64,000 nucleotides of DNA. Origin: Octopus bimaculoides. Its lineage: Eukaryota. Positions 1-15,309 of the stretch are shown here, in pieces. The stretch lies in contig NC_068986.1 in assembly GCF_001194135.2 (NCBI RefSeq), positions 21,556,457 to 21,620,456 of the forward strand, given 5' to 3'. The first letter of the stretch is position 1; each line of letters begins with the position of its first letter. The notes under the pieces were generated by a model. It saw nothing but the letters and a program-made list of their open reading frames with translations, had not been told where the DNA came from and made no database searches. The position numbers and the translations under genes are program-made.

Positions 1-429
1 GCATCAGCCTCGGGAAATGCTCGTCAAAAGAACAAGACAAGCGTTCCAAAATTATGTTTTTCAAATGTCGAGAAAGAAATTTTTGTATTTTGCTAGGGTC
101 GAAAATGCACCTGGGGGCCAATTCCCGCCCTTGAAAATACACAAAAATGAAGCCTAGGTGCTTCGCAACAAAAATATTTAAAAATTCTAACAAAATGTGG
201 ACAATAAAAGGTCAAATAAACGTTTACCTCTGCAGCCGATGTGACAGCACGTCCGTCAGATAGATAGATAGAGAGAGAGATAGATGTTTGGGTACGCCAG
301 AAACATTCACAAGGATTCATTAGTTGTCCAAACTGAATTGCACTCAATAAAAATAAAAAAACTACCTAATAGCGCGAAAGAAGAATTATTAAAATTACAT
401 AAGCAGTTAAAGGGGCAAGAATCCTTTAC

Positions 430-611
430 AATGCAGAATGGTTGAACAAACAGGGGAGACTACTGGTGTCACTGACTCGGCTGCGGCGCCACCGTCAATC
501 AGTCGGTGTAATGGCGCCTATCCAATTGTAGACGATGCCATAGAAATTTTGCCGATTGACATAGTTTTTACCTTGTTTGTTATTCTGTTATATATTTTTA
601 TGAATATTACC
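430..611 (+). promoter_or_regulatory. Probable symplekin promoter/5' leader, CpG-enriched
   Basis: Local CpG enrichment (ggctgcggcgcc) in an AT-rich background; YY1-like AATGGCG core at 510-516; TSS not determinable. Confidence 0.45.
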
Positions 612-701
612 ATGGCAGGAGATAATAGGCGATCAACTGCCGCGCAATTTTTTTCGGAAGAAGAAGATGCCGGTACTGAGCAGATGTCAACATATAACCG
701 G
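612..701 (+). CDS. SYMPK: Symplekin exon 1 ([30 protein letters not shown])
   Basis: accATGg start context; donor CGG/gtaaaa; resembles vertebrate RRSVASQFF. Confidence 0.9.
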
Positions 702-763
702 GTAAAATTAAACTTTTGTCCTCTTGCTAAAATGAATTAATTTATAATTATTATTATAATTAT

Positions 764-801
<38 letters not shown>

Positions 802-1773
802 TTATTATTATTATTATAATAATCTTTTGGTGCTTCTTGTTATGGTGTACGTTCCTTCGATTTTTATAACTATGTATGTGCATATAGCTCTACCTCTGCT
901 TGCTAAAAACCTGCTTGGAAAATCCATATGTATAAAAGGATATATATGATAGGATTGCTTCAATATTTCAGGGGTAGTCTGAAGTATCTAAGCAACCAGG
1001 GGATAGTTAAATCCGAAGGCACTCCTGGAGATTACTTGTGTGGATACCGTCTTTGTTAAAAGGATATATATCCCCGAGTACTTGATGAAAGAATTAGTGG
1101 GGGATTTATTTTATTTAAAAGTTTGTCTGTGGATGTTTTCCATCTAATTTCTCCAAGTATTTACATTTAGTAGAAATAAATATTTGATGGAATGACTTGA
1201 ATGACTTTTCTTGGAAATCCAATCTATACAATAATTCTTGCTTTCGAACAAATCCCATACGATATTCTAACAGTTTATTAGTGAAAAGCCGCATATATGT
1301 GATTTTGAATAAGTACAGGATTGACTGAAAATATCTTTGTTTTTTTTAAATATATTCTGTTGCAAATAATTCACAATGAGTATTAAATATGTTTAGAAGC
1401 AAAGACGTTTTCGTTGGGTGTGTGTGCATTTAGATCATCCTAAACAACTGGTTCTCACTCTCTCTCTTTTTATTAAAATGAAAATCTTCATATCTTCTTT
1501 CAGACACCATCACAGAGTTCTTGTATCATTCTTTCATCTTTGTCCAGTTCATATTTACATACACACACTTGTATATATATGTGTGTGTATAATATATATA
1601 TATATNNNNNNNNNNNNNNNNNNNNNNNNNNNNNNNNNNNNNNNNNNNNNNNNNNNNNNNNNNNNNNNNNNNNNNNNNNNNNNNNNNNNNNNNNNNNNNN
1701 NNNNNNNNNNNNNNNNNNNNNNNNNNNNNNNNNNNNNNNNNNNNNNNNNNNNNNNNNNNNNNNNNNNNNNNNN

Positions 1774-1857
<84 letters not shown>

Positions 1858-4800
1858 GCATCTGCAATTTAATTTACTGCATTTCCAATTGCTATCGACT
1901 CTAATCTATTCGTGTATCCTTATTTATCATCAACCCATATGTTTCCATTGTCTCTTTTTTAAAGATGTCTTTAATTATCATCCATCTTCCGTGGACCTCT
2001 CGAAATTTCTGTTAGACTAGTTGATAATTAATTATGTTATTGTTCTCTAGTTTTGACAGCTTTGTTCTCCATTGCTACAGACCTAAACAGTCACAGCTCA
2101 GTGTTTCCCAGCAATATTTTGTATTTCTACAGAATCCCCCAATCTATGAAAATATACAATGGTATGTTCTAGTTTCAAGAATGGGTAACCTTTCTTATCC
2201 TGCCAATAATCACCCCATCTACTTCACTTTAAACATTGCAATGGTGATGTAAACAGTTGTGAACAATCAGCTTCATCATTATGAGCTTCTCGCCCTTCTC
2301 AGTGTATGAGTTCTCTGGAGCCAAGCCGCAAGTATCGTTCTGTTACATCCCACACTTGTGGTCTTGAGGCCTTGAGAATTTCAGCAAAAAATAATATCAT
2401 CTTGACGTCAGCCTTTTGATGTGTCTAGTATTATTAGTATGAGAAGCTCATAGCTATATTGCATAAGTGTGTTGTATAGCTGTATTAGTATGAAGTTCTT
2501 GTATTAAACTAGACACAGTTAAAGGCTGATGTCAACAAATCTTTCATTTCTAAGAGTGAAAAATTTCTCTATATTGCCGGCCTTTTTTTGAACTTGTATT
2601 CTTTTAACTCGTATCCTCAAAGTATGCTTAGGTTTTTCTCACTAGTCTTTTGTATATAATTAATCTACCTGATATTACTCCTTACCAGATGATTCCATCC
2701 TTCATTCTTTTTTAAACTTCGCTACAACCTCAAAGAAGTACTGCTTGTATAAGCAGAAGCCTTTAAACATCATCCAATACAACACAACACCATAGACTCT
2801 TTCAACTGCAATTCCAATACATCTTGAGGGAAGTCTTAGACTACATATGAATAATACACAGTTAATGGCTTCAGACTAGGCTTCATAGTGTCTGAAGATC
2901 TTCCTTTGCAACCTTGCATGCATAACTTAGTCAAAAATGTTTCCCAAAGACAATACCTCTTGAGAAATAGAAAGTATTTCAATCTTAATCAATTACAAAT
3001 TAACCACAAAACTCAAATACCATGTACATTAGAGTACTGCTAATATATCTGAACCAGTGTAGTTACACTGATATAGCATAGACCAGACATGGTCAACCTT
3101 TTTCAAGAAGCAGGCTGAACTATTAAAAGAATTTTAGGTAATTTTTCATTGGCATGTCATTAAGAATGTTTTGCAGGCAACAGTTTTCCCATGACTGGCA
3201 TAAATAAGATTCAGAGAAGGCTGATTGGCAAAGACCTACTGCTAGACAATACATTAGGGCAATTGACTCATAGATATACTGTTTCTTCTATGGTTGTCTT
3301 CTACTGCTATTATGCTTACTCTACTCTTGTAAATTAACAAGCTACATACCAATTGATGAGCCCATCCTTCTTTTATCATACTGTACTTCATCTCATTGAC
3401 TGCATTAAACCCTTTGCATAGAGCTGCCACTCAGAAATCCTCCCTCTGGCCAGAATTTGAAGCTGAACATGAACCATGTTGATGTCAAAGAAAATGGAGA
3501 ACTTCCTAAATTCATGAGTAGTGTTTCTCCATTTCTAGCCAATTAGTTGAAAGAAATTTTAGCATTATAAATTTGTTAGATTTATTCATTATCATTTTTT
3601 AATACCTGTTTCCCATGCTGGCATAAGTTGGATGATTCTGTGGCTGGATACCCTTCCTAACACCAACAAATTATTATATCTTTCCAGTACCGCCGGACTG
3701 TCCCTCGTGCCAGTGGCACGTAAAAAGCACCCACTACACTCTCAGAGTGGTTGGCATTAGGAAGGGCATCCAGCTGTAGAAACTCTGTCAGATCAGATTG
3801 GAGTCTGGTGTAGCCATCTGATTTGCCAGTCCCCAGTCACATCGTCCAACCCATGCTAGCATGGAAAGCGGACGTTACATGATGATGATGATTGTTTAAA
3901 TCTAAAAGATATGAAACTGAATTATAAACCTGACTTGCTTCATTTTAATTTTAAACAAATAACACTAACTATTTTTATTGTTTCAGGTGGTTGATTTGCT
4001 TAATCAAGCATCATTTATGCAGAAAAACAATATGAAAACAGAAAATCTACGACAGGTTTGTATTACTGCAGTTTCTTCATTTTATAAGACCTTCAGAAAC
4101 CAAATATTTTGCATTTGTTAAAGTAACAATAAGTATTTTTTAGAGCTCTTGGCAGAGAATTAATCTATGGTGATATATTAAAATGTGGGAGACATATAGT
4201 TGGCATTCTAAACTGGCTGGCATTGTTTTTTTTTTGTTTTTTTAAATATTAATGCTTTATCAAATGTCTAACAGAGCTAAAGTATTTTTGTTTTTACTGT
4301 ACACACAATGGGAATGTAGTAAATGCTTGACAAGTGACTGAGAAATGTGGAGATTTGCTGTACTTGATAAGACATGTCAAGCTAAGTAAAATCACTGTCT
4401 TCCACATATACAGGCTTGTCCTTTCAGGTGCTGATGCCACCTAAAAAGCATCCATGCCAGTGGCACATAAAAAACACCTAGCACATTCTCTTAAGTGGTT
4501 GGTGTTAGGAAAGGCATCCAACCATAGAAACCATGCCACAACAAACAGTTGGAATTTGGATGACTCCCCTGCTAGCCAGCACCATGTCAAACCGTCCCAC
4601 CCATACCAGTATGGAAGGCAAACATTAAACCATGATGATGTGTATTTAACTCAATCATACCTCAACATCCTTTCATCATCGTTTAACATCTGCTTTCCAT
4701 GCTAGCATGGGTTGACTGAGGACTGGTGAACCAGATGGCTACACCAGCCTCCAATCTGATTTGGCAGAGTTTCTACAGCTGGATGCTCTTCCTAACGCCA

Positions 4801-7286
4801 ACCACTCCCAGAGTGTAGTGGGTGCTTTTACATGCCACCGGCACGAAGGCCAGTCAGGTGGTACTGGCAATGGCCACGCTCAAAATGGTGTATCTTAAGT
4901 GCCACCTGCACAGGAGCCAGTTCAGTGGCACTGGCAACGATCTTGCTCAGTCCCTTTGATACCATCCTGCTCTAGATTTTCCCCTCATTCTATTTATACA
5001 AACTTCATGTTTTAAAGCGATCTGAATTACTTGAAAATGAAAATTTTCAATGGAAGTTTTATGTTAATTTATATTCCAAAAGCCAGCTCAAAAAATGGCA
5101 ATTTCTTTTACAAAATTCTTCATAATTTCCAAAATTGACTGAAACATTGGCAGGGTATTTCAACAGAAATATGTTAACAAAAGGGTTAAAATAAAGGATG
5201 GGCCAAAACTAGGTATTCATCTCAGAAGCTTTTATTGAAATTGATGCAGATCAGAATTTGTGTCGTGCTGTGTTGCAGTTTTCTGGAAAGGTTTGAGGAA
5301 TGTTGCCATGTTGAAGGAGGACATTTCAAGCATTTATGAGATTAAACTGTGTTTAATAAATTCAATTGTTATAAATAAGTGTATACCTACTTTTGGCCTA
5401 CTCTGTATATATAAGCCCCTATATGTAATATATCTTCCTTCTACTTAGTTCTGCAACTGGTTATTTTCTGATATTAAAAACTTGAATTCATATTGATATT
5501 TTCCAGGTTCAAGAACTGATACTTTATAAAGAGCCTAATCTTTTGGATAATTTTTTAGAGGTAAGTTTTTAATGAATTCTATTGCTAAGCAATTTTAAAT
5601 TTCAAATGTCGAGAGTGTTTTAGACTGCTGCGATCAGTGCAAATTGAAATGTTTTATGAAGGCAGCTAAAATGTTATCACATTGTTTGGTTTGCTTGAAA
5701 AGAAAAGAAAAAATTTAAGCTCATTAGGATCAACTGAGTGTAATCTATATACAAATTAATGGTCACTGTTCATTTGTTAGATGCTATATATCCATATATA
5801 AGTACTGGTTTTGGGTTCAGTCCCATTGCATGGCACTTTGGGCAAAATTTTGTCTATAGTTCTGATTAAAGCTGTATGAGTTGATTTGATAGACTGAGAC
5901 TAAAAGAAGTCTGTTCTGTGTGTATATATATATAATATATATATGTGTGTGTGTGTGTTACTGTCTCCTTATGACATCATGTGATAGTGTCACTGTCATA
6001 CAGGTGTTATCTGTCATTTCTAATCTTTGGTGAAACCATGTTTGGTCATGGAGAAATATTACTTTTCTTGGAAACAAGTTAGGGTTGGTGACAGGAAAAG
6101 TATCTGGTCATAGAAAATATGTCTCAACAAATTTTGTTTGACCTATACAAGCATGGAAAAGTAGGCATTTAAATTATGATGATGTAGAATAAAAAGCAGA
6201 AAAGTATAAATTTTATAAATGATTCATGATTTAATTACACTCAACACCTGTTTCATTAGCAGTAAACATTAATTCCAAAATTATGTAATTAAAATGCATA
6301 ATTTAAGTTAAATTAATCTGAAACAATGATTATCCCAAATCATCAGGAGTAATTATTAGTTATCTATCAATTGTCTCCATGTAGATAAACACTTATGTAT
6401 ATAAACAGAACAAAAAATGGTATGAAAACTAGATGCCTGAAATATTAACACAAACTGTGATTTTATTTTCTAAGAGAAGGTGTCCATATTAATTACTGAA
6501 TGAAAGACAAAACAATAGGAGTTACATAATCACTTTCATTAGCTTACAACTGTTTCTATTATAAGGAGCTGTGCATCTAGTTTGGATGCTAGTGCAGCAT
6601 CTTGCTTCCTCAGAGCCATTAGTACCACTGTGACTAACCAGAATCACAACAACACACACACATACATCACAGGCTTCTTTTAGTTTCTATCTACCAAATT
6701 CACTCAAGGATTTGGTCAGCTTAGATGCACTAGTTACAACAGATTTTCACATTAATATGTGATAAACTATTTCTCTGTAAAGAAGACAAACAATATTTCA
6801 TTGTCTGAATTAATGAAAACATTTAAATTTGTGATGTAAAAATTTACTCTAAGAAAATTTAAAACAGATTTTTTTGCAAGACGTTCGCTTGCTTTTATTA
6901 ATAGTAATTATTTTACTTTTTATTTCATTTAGGAAATGTTGGCCTTTCAAAGTGACCGCTCTGTTGAAGTTCGAAAGTTTGTCATCAGTTTCATAGAAGA
7001 TGCATGGTATGTACATTGAATTAAGTTGAGTTTAGAAAATCCCTATATAATGGTTTTAAATTTTGGCACAAGGCCAGCAATTTTAGTAAGAGGAAGTTAT
7101 GGGAGGAATTATTCAAATGAGAAATTTGTTTTATTTTAGATTAGTATTCATTTCCTTATTTTGTATAGGCACCAAGAAATTTGATAAAAGTTATAATTAT
7201 TGTATTTATGCCATATTTCCTGGTATTACCCATAGTGGCAAAAGTATATTTCCAAAGTTACTTGTCATATGATGGGCAACACTCTA

Positions 7287-7346
<60 letters not shown>

Positions 7347-10300
7347 GTGTGTGTGTGCATATATATATAAGAATAGTGAATTGACAGAAATTATGGAATT
7401 TCATCCTTTTATGTGGTTTAAACACCGTCAAGAAAAAGAAATTTTTCACTCTTTTGGGATCAATAAAATGATGACCGAATTCAATTGACTATACTCTCTG
7501 GTAAACTTAGTCCTTGATTGGTGCAATTTCCAGTTGAACCTATTTCCTTTTACATATCTTTAATGCTGTGGTAATGACATGAGCATCACAACCCAAGGTT
7601 TTTTTCTCCTTAAATCATTAGAGTTGGGGCATGCCTCTGATCATGAAGATTCTGAAACTTGTTAAAACTAGGCCCAAACTGGTCCTAATTGAACAGAACC
7701 CACGATCAAAAGTGTTCCAGCTATTACCATCCCGTCTTTTAACTCAGTTATTCTTAGACTACATTATCCAATGTGTCCCCACTTTTCTTCGACTTCGCTG
7801 CTATTTTCTGCAGTTTGAGTAGCCTCAGATACCTTAGATATAATCTTTTCATTTAATTATAGATATATTTTATATTTTTGTTAAAATTAGAGTTAGGTTG
7901 TTATTTTCTTGTTAAAATTCATTTTGTTTTAAATTTTCTAAATATTTTTTATCTCATAAAATTTCAGCAAGAAAGAACCTGATCTCTTACAGAAAATCCT
8001 GCCAAACCTTGGTGCTCTTTTCCAAGATGAAAATGTCAATGTTCAGAAGAGAGTTATTCTGGCAATGGCTGGACTTCATAGACTAGCGTTACAGGTGAAT
8101 ATGGCTTATCTCATAAATATTTGCTTGAGTTTGGTAAGCATTGCACTCAATACAATTGATTCTCTGAAGTCATGAAACATTTCATAGGTTAGTTAGATAT
8201 TCACATACAGATGAACTCCTGTGCACAAGTAAGTTTAGTATGGAATAGGCTGTTGAACATGAGCTATCATCACAGAAATTGATGATGAAGTTCGTTTGAA
8301 AAATTAAAATTGAATTCAGCATTGACAGCTGACAAAATTCTCATTAATTATACAATGCACCTTTTCCTTAACTTTTTGGTATTCAGATTACTCTGTCTAA
8401 TGTAATGCTTTTATATTCAGATTGCTTTGAATTAATCATGAATTATCTTGTAACTTTGAGATTTCAATGATGTGATTGTTTATTGTTTAGATTGATATTG
8501 TATGGTAGGTGTGGGAGATTGGATCTGGCTGGTTTGAATGTCAAGGTGTTACCATGTGAGCTGTACCTACTCATGGTACCCAGATATAGCTAGATAGAAT
8601 GAGTTGTTGAGTGTTAAGTATTTTGTATTGCCCAATACTGAAATTTATAACATTCTACACCCATGCCAGCATAGAATATGGATGCTAAATGATGATGGTC
8701 TGTTATGCCTTTTTTTTAGATAGTTTAATTTTCAAACTGACAATGCATGTTTAGTTACTTTTGAATATATTAGAAATGACCTGTCATTGATTGAATTTTG
8801 CTTTTCCTTTTGTTAATCATGAATGATATAAAAAAAAAAAAATACAAACAAATTTAGTGTCTCAAAATATCTCAAATAATGGAATTTGGGTTTCTTTTGG
8901 TTTCAGTGGTTGAGCCAGAGCAAGACAATTACTGAAGAAATGCAACAGACTTGGAAACAAATCCTACAATTAAAAACCTACATAATTGAGATGATGGAAT
9001 CTTTAAATGACGGGTAAGCAAGACTCATGCCATTATCTCCGCATCGTTTTGCTGGTCAAGTACTGTAGTTTTTCCTAGCTGCAGGTGTGGCTGTATGATA
9101 TGGAGTTTTGGGTTCAGTTCCACCGCATGACACCTTGAGCAAATGTTCTGTGACTGAATCTAGTAGACAGAAACAGAAAGAAGCCCATAGTGTATATCTA
9201 TGTGTGTGTGTTCATGCATCCTTGTGTTTGTCTCCGAACCATCACCACTTGACATCTGGTGTCGGTTTGTTTATGTCCCCATAAAATAGCAGTTTAACAA
9301 AAGTGACCAATAGCATAAATACCAGTTTGAAAAAATAAATAAATACTGGGGTCAATTTGTTTGACTAAACCCTTCAAGGTGGTGCTCCAGCATGGCTGCA
9401 GTCTAATGATTAGAACAAGTAAAAAACAAAAGATACCTAGTCTACTAATTTTAATTATCCTCTGTCCATCACTCTTAGGAATTTTAAAATCTGATTTATG
9501 CCTGTTTCAGTGCAACTTTACTCTGTGAAGAGACATCATGAAACCTAACCAGCTTCCTTGTAATGTTCTGTGTATAGTTTTACTTTAGTATCTTTTATTA
9601 GCAACTTTGTATTTTCTTTATTTCAAAGACATTTGGTTTCAGTTCAGTTACTTGGTAAAATATTCTTCCTTCTAATCTTTGTTTTTCTTTTCAAAATTCT
9701 TCATGCCTCTGTTTTCTTTGTTACCAATTTGGAAATACATTATTTTGCTTATATTCTGAGATAGTCTTTATCTTTTTATCAAAGTGTGGTTAAAAAGTTT
9801 CCTTCACAACTATGTGGTTTCAGGTTCAGTATCATTGTGTGGCACCTTGAGCAAATGTCTTCTAGTATAGCTCCAGGCTGACCAATGCCTTATGAATGGA
9901 AATGATAGATTGAAACTGTGTGGAAGCCTCTCTGTGTGTGTGTACACATGCATGCACAAGCCTGTATGAATGTTTACATTTTACAACAGTAACTGTTAAT
10001 CCAATATCTAATCCATTTAGCTATCTGACTTCTGTAACTTTTATACTCTGAATTTAGTATTTATTAACCTAAATGTATTTATTATAAACACAGCTATTTT
10101 GTACTGCACTGTTAAGTAAATAATTTAACAAGGTATTTTTTAAAATAATTTTTCAGTATCCGAACTCATGTTGTGAAATTTATTGAAAACGTTGTTCTAA
10201 CTTTGACAAAGAAATCTCCTGTAAGTACTTTTAGCAATATTCTTATAGTTTTAATTTTTATAGTTGGATGATCTCTATATTTTATACAGTTGTTTTGAAA

Positions 10301-13300
10301 TTTCATTTACAATAAATGTTCATTTAAAATTCTTATATAAGCTATTTTAAATTATAAGAATTAGAATTAATTACTTTGTTAACAAGAGTTTGTTGTCTTA
10401 ATAAGCCTCACAGCTGGAAATTCACAAGAAATATGGTTTTATCCACTATACATGATGGTATAAAAGACACATGGGCATATTAGGTGCACCTCAATTTCAG
10501 CAGCACAGATTCAGGGCAAAAGTTTTTACTGCATTAAAACATAAATGTAGGTTCAAGTTCACATATAGGAGCCGGGTTAATTTTTTTAAAAAAAGAGTAT
10601 ACCTTGTATGCCATCAAATATGGTAGTTTTCCAGATTAAGGTGTGATAGAATTAATTCAATATTTGGAGTGTGAAAGATTAATTTTACACACAGTTAATC
10701 ATTAACTGTCATTAATCTCTGTGTCTTAATTATTGGCCAAACTTTCAAAATTTATATACAATGGGAACTAGAGATGTTTTCTTGTATATTAAATGTCCTT
10801 TCTCCTCAAAGGATGTCACCTGAAGAATGTTTCTTAGATTGAATTATATAATTTTAAACTTAAACTTTTGATTACAGAATTAATTGTTATCGAGAAATAT
10901 GAATTTAAATAATTAAAAAATTCACTGTGTGTGTCTGCCTCAAAGCAGATATCTTGTATTCAAATGAACCAGCTCTTATTGTAGATTAATACTTTTGTTC
11001 CAGCTCCCTGTATTTTGAGTTCATATCCCACCAAAGACAATTTAACCCTTTTGTCCTTTTAGGGTCAATAAAAAAGTACCAGTTTAGGGCAGTGGATTGA
11101 CAGAACTGCTAGAGCAACAGATAAGATGCCATGTGGTAACTCTTCCAGTGTTTTGCATTCTGATAGCAATACTTGCAATGATGCTGGCATCAGGCTGTAT
11201 TGGCTCTAAAGTAGTGGCTTTCTCTTTAGGTACATAGGAGAAGTAAAACTTGCATACTTGGACAACTGCTAGACTGACTTTCACAAAACCAAGTTGTATT
11301 AGTTTTAATGAATGAAATTTTTTTTTATGTCCTTTTCATCTAATTAACCCTTTCGTTACTGTATTTATTTTGAGATGCTCTCTGTTTCTTTTAGTTACTT
11401 TAAATGTAACAAAGAATTTAGTAAAATAACATAGTTATCATTCAGCTAGTGTTAGGAACATAAATTGTGACTAAGGTTTGGTGGAAGATTTTAATTCAAA
11501 ACTTATGGAAACATGACATTTGTACTCAGAGCCAGGTTGGTAACGAAAGGGTTAATGACAGCATCTTAAAATGGTGATGAGAACAATGACAATTGGATAT
11601 TCAAATAAAGTACTCAAATCTTTTTTTTTTTTTTTCTTCAAGGAGTCAGACATTCCTAAGAAACTTGAAAATGAGATGACACTTGATAAAGTCCCTGAAA
11701 ACCATAAACTGTTGGATGTTAACAAATTAGAGGAAGAGGGCAATGAGTTATTTGTCTCTTTGCTGAAATTTCAAGCCTCACCTCATATATCCAGGTATAT
11801 TATTACTGTAACATATACACGTGCCAGTATGGAATCTAGATATATGATAATGTTGATGATATAATCTTTATATGTTATTTCTGATGTTTTGTTAATTATT
11901 ATTGTAATTATGGCTTAAGTTGTTGTTGAACCAGATGTTTTGCAAACCTACCAGCTGGTCTGAAAACATCTTTTACAGAGAAACATTGTTATCAGTTTCG
12001 TAATATTTCATTTCGTCTAATTCTATCGTGAGAATGTTGATCATTACTTAGGTGATAATGATTGATGAGCAATGTGTGTGTAACAGATCAGTGTATTGTA
12101 CAACTCTGTTCAGTATAATCTTATAAGTTATAAGTATATGATATTATTTCTAAATTTATAATTTGAGTGTAATATAATTTCTGTATTTCTTATATTTATC
12201 TAAAAGTATAAATCTGATGACTGTCATGGGAAGCCTTACAGCAATTGCTAAACAAAGACCTGTATATTTTGATCAAGTAGTACAAGCGTTTGAATCCTTA
12301 CATGGTAAAGGAAGATTTTTCTTCTAAAACAAACTATTATTCATTGTTTTGTTCTTATTTTGAATTTTTGAAACATCTCAACTTTTCCCACATTCTGTAA
12401 AGCAATTTTTTCTAGAATTAGAATAATTTCTTGTATTTGGTCTTCTAAAATTATCTAAAAAAATATGTGTTTACAAGTATATTTTATCTGAAATAATATT
12501 ACACTAATATTGATAAAAATAGGTTTTTGAAAGAAATTTTCCACAGGTTCATGCAGATTCAGTTCAAAGTAAAATGAATTTTTGGAAATGTTTTCCAGAT
12601 TTAAAACATGAAGTTAATAACTTTGCATCTTGTCTTGAACCTCTGATGTTAATTGAAATAAGATTCAGTTTGATTGTAATTTTGTCTAAAGCTGACCAAA
12701 GTTCTTAGAAAAAAGAACGATATTGAAAGAGTAAAGGTTATCAAAATCTTTTTGTTACTTTAAGAATAAATGGTTTACACATTAGATCTTAGTGTTTTGC
12801 ATTTCTACAAATGTTTTGTCAATTTATAGTTAATTATTTCATATCAAATATAGATATTTCAGCACACGTTTATGATAGAAATATATTTATGAATATTAAA
12901 TACAATTCAAAGAAAGTACTTGAGATAACATACCTAAAAAAATCCATTGTAATCAAATCCATTTGGTTTATCTCAATATAAATAAATAGTAATACTTTTC
13001 TGGAAACCAAAAGAAAAGGTAGAATAGCAACATTGAAGGATTTTTTTCTTGTAGAATGATTTAAGTTTAGTATTTTAATGTTTTATAACTTTTATTTTCA
13101 GTTAATATTGAATGTCCTTTTATAGCTTTTCTTTAACATTTTGTGTAGCATATCTGGTTTCTAAAAGATTGGTTTTAATTAATATCTGTAGTGAAACTTA
13201 TGGTAGTTGTCTACATTAAGTAACACTGAATTCAGTTGAATCTTATATATTAACACATACATACATGTAGTGTGTATTCTATATCCTTATTCTAAAGTAA

Positions 13301-13334
13301 AGCTCAATAAATAAAAGTATGTATCTCTCGTTTG

Positions 13335-13380
<46 letters not shown>

Positions 13381-15231
13381 CTGTGTTTTCTACTCTCTGC
13401 TTCATGATATATATCATAATAAACATTTTGTGCATTTCAGTAAATTTACCACCAACATTAGCCAAGTCACAAGTAAGCAGTGTTCGTAAAAATTTAAAGA
13501 TGCAGATGTTGGCTTTACTAAAGCATCCATATTCTCCACGCTTCATGTCTCAAATAACTACTCTCTTAACCGATCTTGGAGCAATGCAGTCAGAAGTAAG
13601 AGTTTCAGATATTCAGACATTTCAATACCTATCCGTTCTCTATCCTACCTTTTTAGTCTGTGTGTCTGCTCTCAGTGCATCCTTTACAATTATTTATATG
13701 AGGCGTTTAGTAACAGAGTGTCATAAGTGCCACCCTGGCCATTTTCGAGGTTAGTATATCATTTTCTTTGTCTCGACATCTAGAATCCGGAAAAGTTGGG
13801 AGGAAGAACCTGTGAGGCTTGTAATAAGGTCAAAAATCCAGCTGAAAAAATTGTACCTCGACACTATTGACACGATGCTCACTCACCCAACTCAACCAGA
13901 GGGTTTAGTAACACACCATCGTAAGCACACACACTCAATCAATAATTTTGGTGTGGTCCCTGTATTGTTTTTCGAGGTGTTATGGCTCATTTTCTAGTAT
14001 TTCTTGTTACCATCGTAATGATAATGGGTTATTATCTTACTATCTTGTCTTACTTATCTGTTAAAGATATTTACCTTGGTATATTAAATCACATACAATA
14101 CCTTTGTGGGGTGGGTCTCTGTTTTTTCTAGGTATTATGGCTAAAATATGCAATGCAATACACCGCTTTGTAGTACTGGTATATTCTACAAAATGAGAAA
14201 GACGCTGTCATGGTTTCATCTTTCAGATGTATACATAAATAAATAATTTTACATATGTGGAATGATTAGAAGAGGTCTTCACTCTCATTTTAAGATCAAA
14301 ACCAGCTTCCTAACTTCATTTCTTGCTGAGATACCGCATTCTGAAAGTTGCGAAACTTTGACTGTGTTTTTCTCAGTTTTTAAGTCGTGGCACTTACGAC
14401 AATCTGTTGCTAAACACCTCATATGGTCTCTATATTTTTCTACTTTTTTGTGTTGAACCAGTCAACTACTTCCTTTCATTTATGACATTTACAGTTGCAT
14501 TCCATCATCATCATTTATTGTCTGTTTTCCATACTGGCATGGGTTGGATGGTTTGACAGGAGCTGGATAACTCAAGAGCTACTCAGGCTCCAATTGTCTG
14601 TTTTGGCATGGTTTCTATGGCTGGATATCCTTTCTAATGCCAACCACTTTACAGAGTGTACTTGGTGCTTTTTACATGGTACCAGAATGAGAGCTTTTTA
14701 TGTGGCTTGGCATGTTGATTTCATATGTTAGAAAATCCTGCCTGCCACATTAGACCTTCAAGCATACCTGATGCCATCATATTATCTACAAGTAACTTGA
14801 ATAAATTGTCTCAATAATTACCATAAATTTAATGTACTACTAATGTATAGATTTGACTGCTAATAGGATGGTGAGGATAATTTGATTTTATTCAGTAAAA
14901 ATGCAATTGCAACTTTTTCTTGTATGATTTGAAATTTTTAACTCAACATGGGTTTCATCATTGTTGTCTTCATCGTTGTTTTAACTTCTATTTTTCCTTG
15001 CTTGCATGGGTCAGATGGAGTTTATTGAGGCAGACTTTCAACAACTGGATGCCTGTCCTATCCCAACCCCCAACTGTCTCCAAGCATGGTAATATTTTCC
15101 CATGACTGGACATGTTTTCATAGAAAACTGGAAATGTGTGGCACTGCTTGTATAATAGTGATGCTCATTTGCAACTGTCATGTGGTGTCAAGACAGGGAG
15201 ACAAACACATACACGCACTCATATATATACA

Positions 15232-15265
<34 letters not shown>

Positions 15266-15268
15266 CAT

Positions 15269-15309
<41 letters not shown>

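Noticed and set aside
1418-1872. ORFs rich in HT, YI or CV dipeptides (also near 7.3, 13.3 and 15.2 kb)
   Set aside because: Translations of (CA)n/(TA)n microsatellites.
3140-3190. FHWHVIKNV, reminiscent of a MULE transposase motif
   Set aside because: Isolated, surrounded by stops, with no other supporting motifs.
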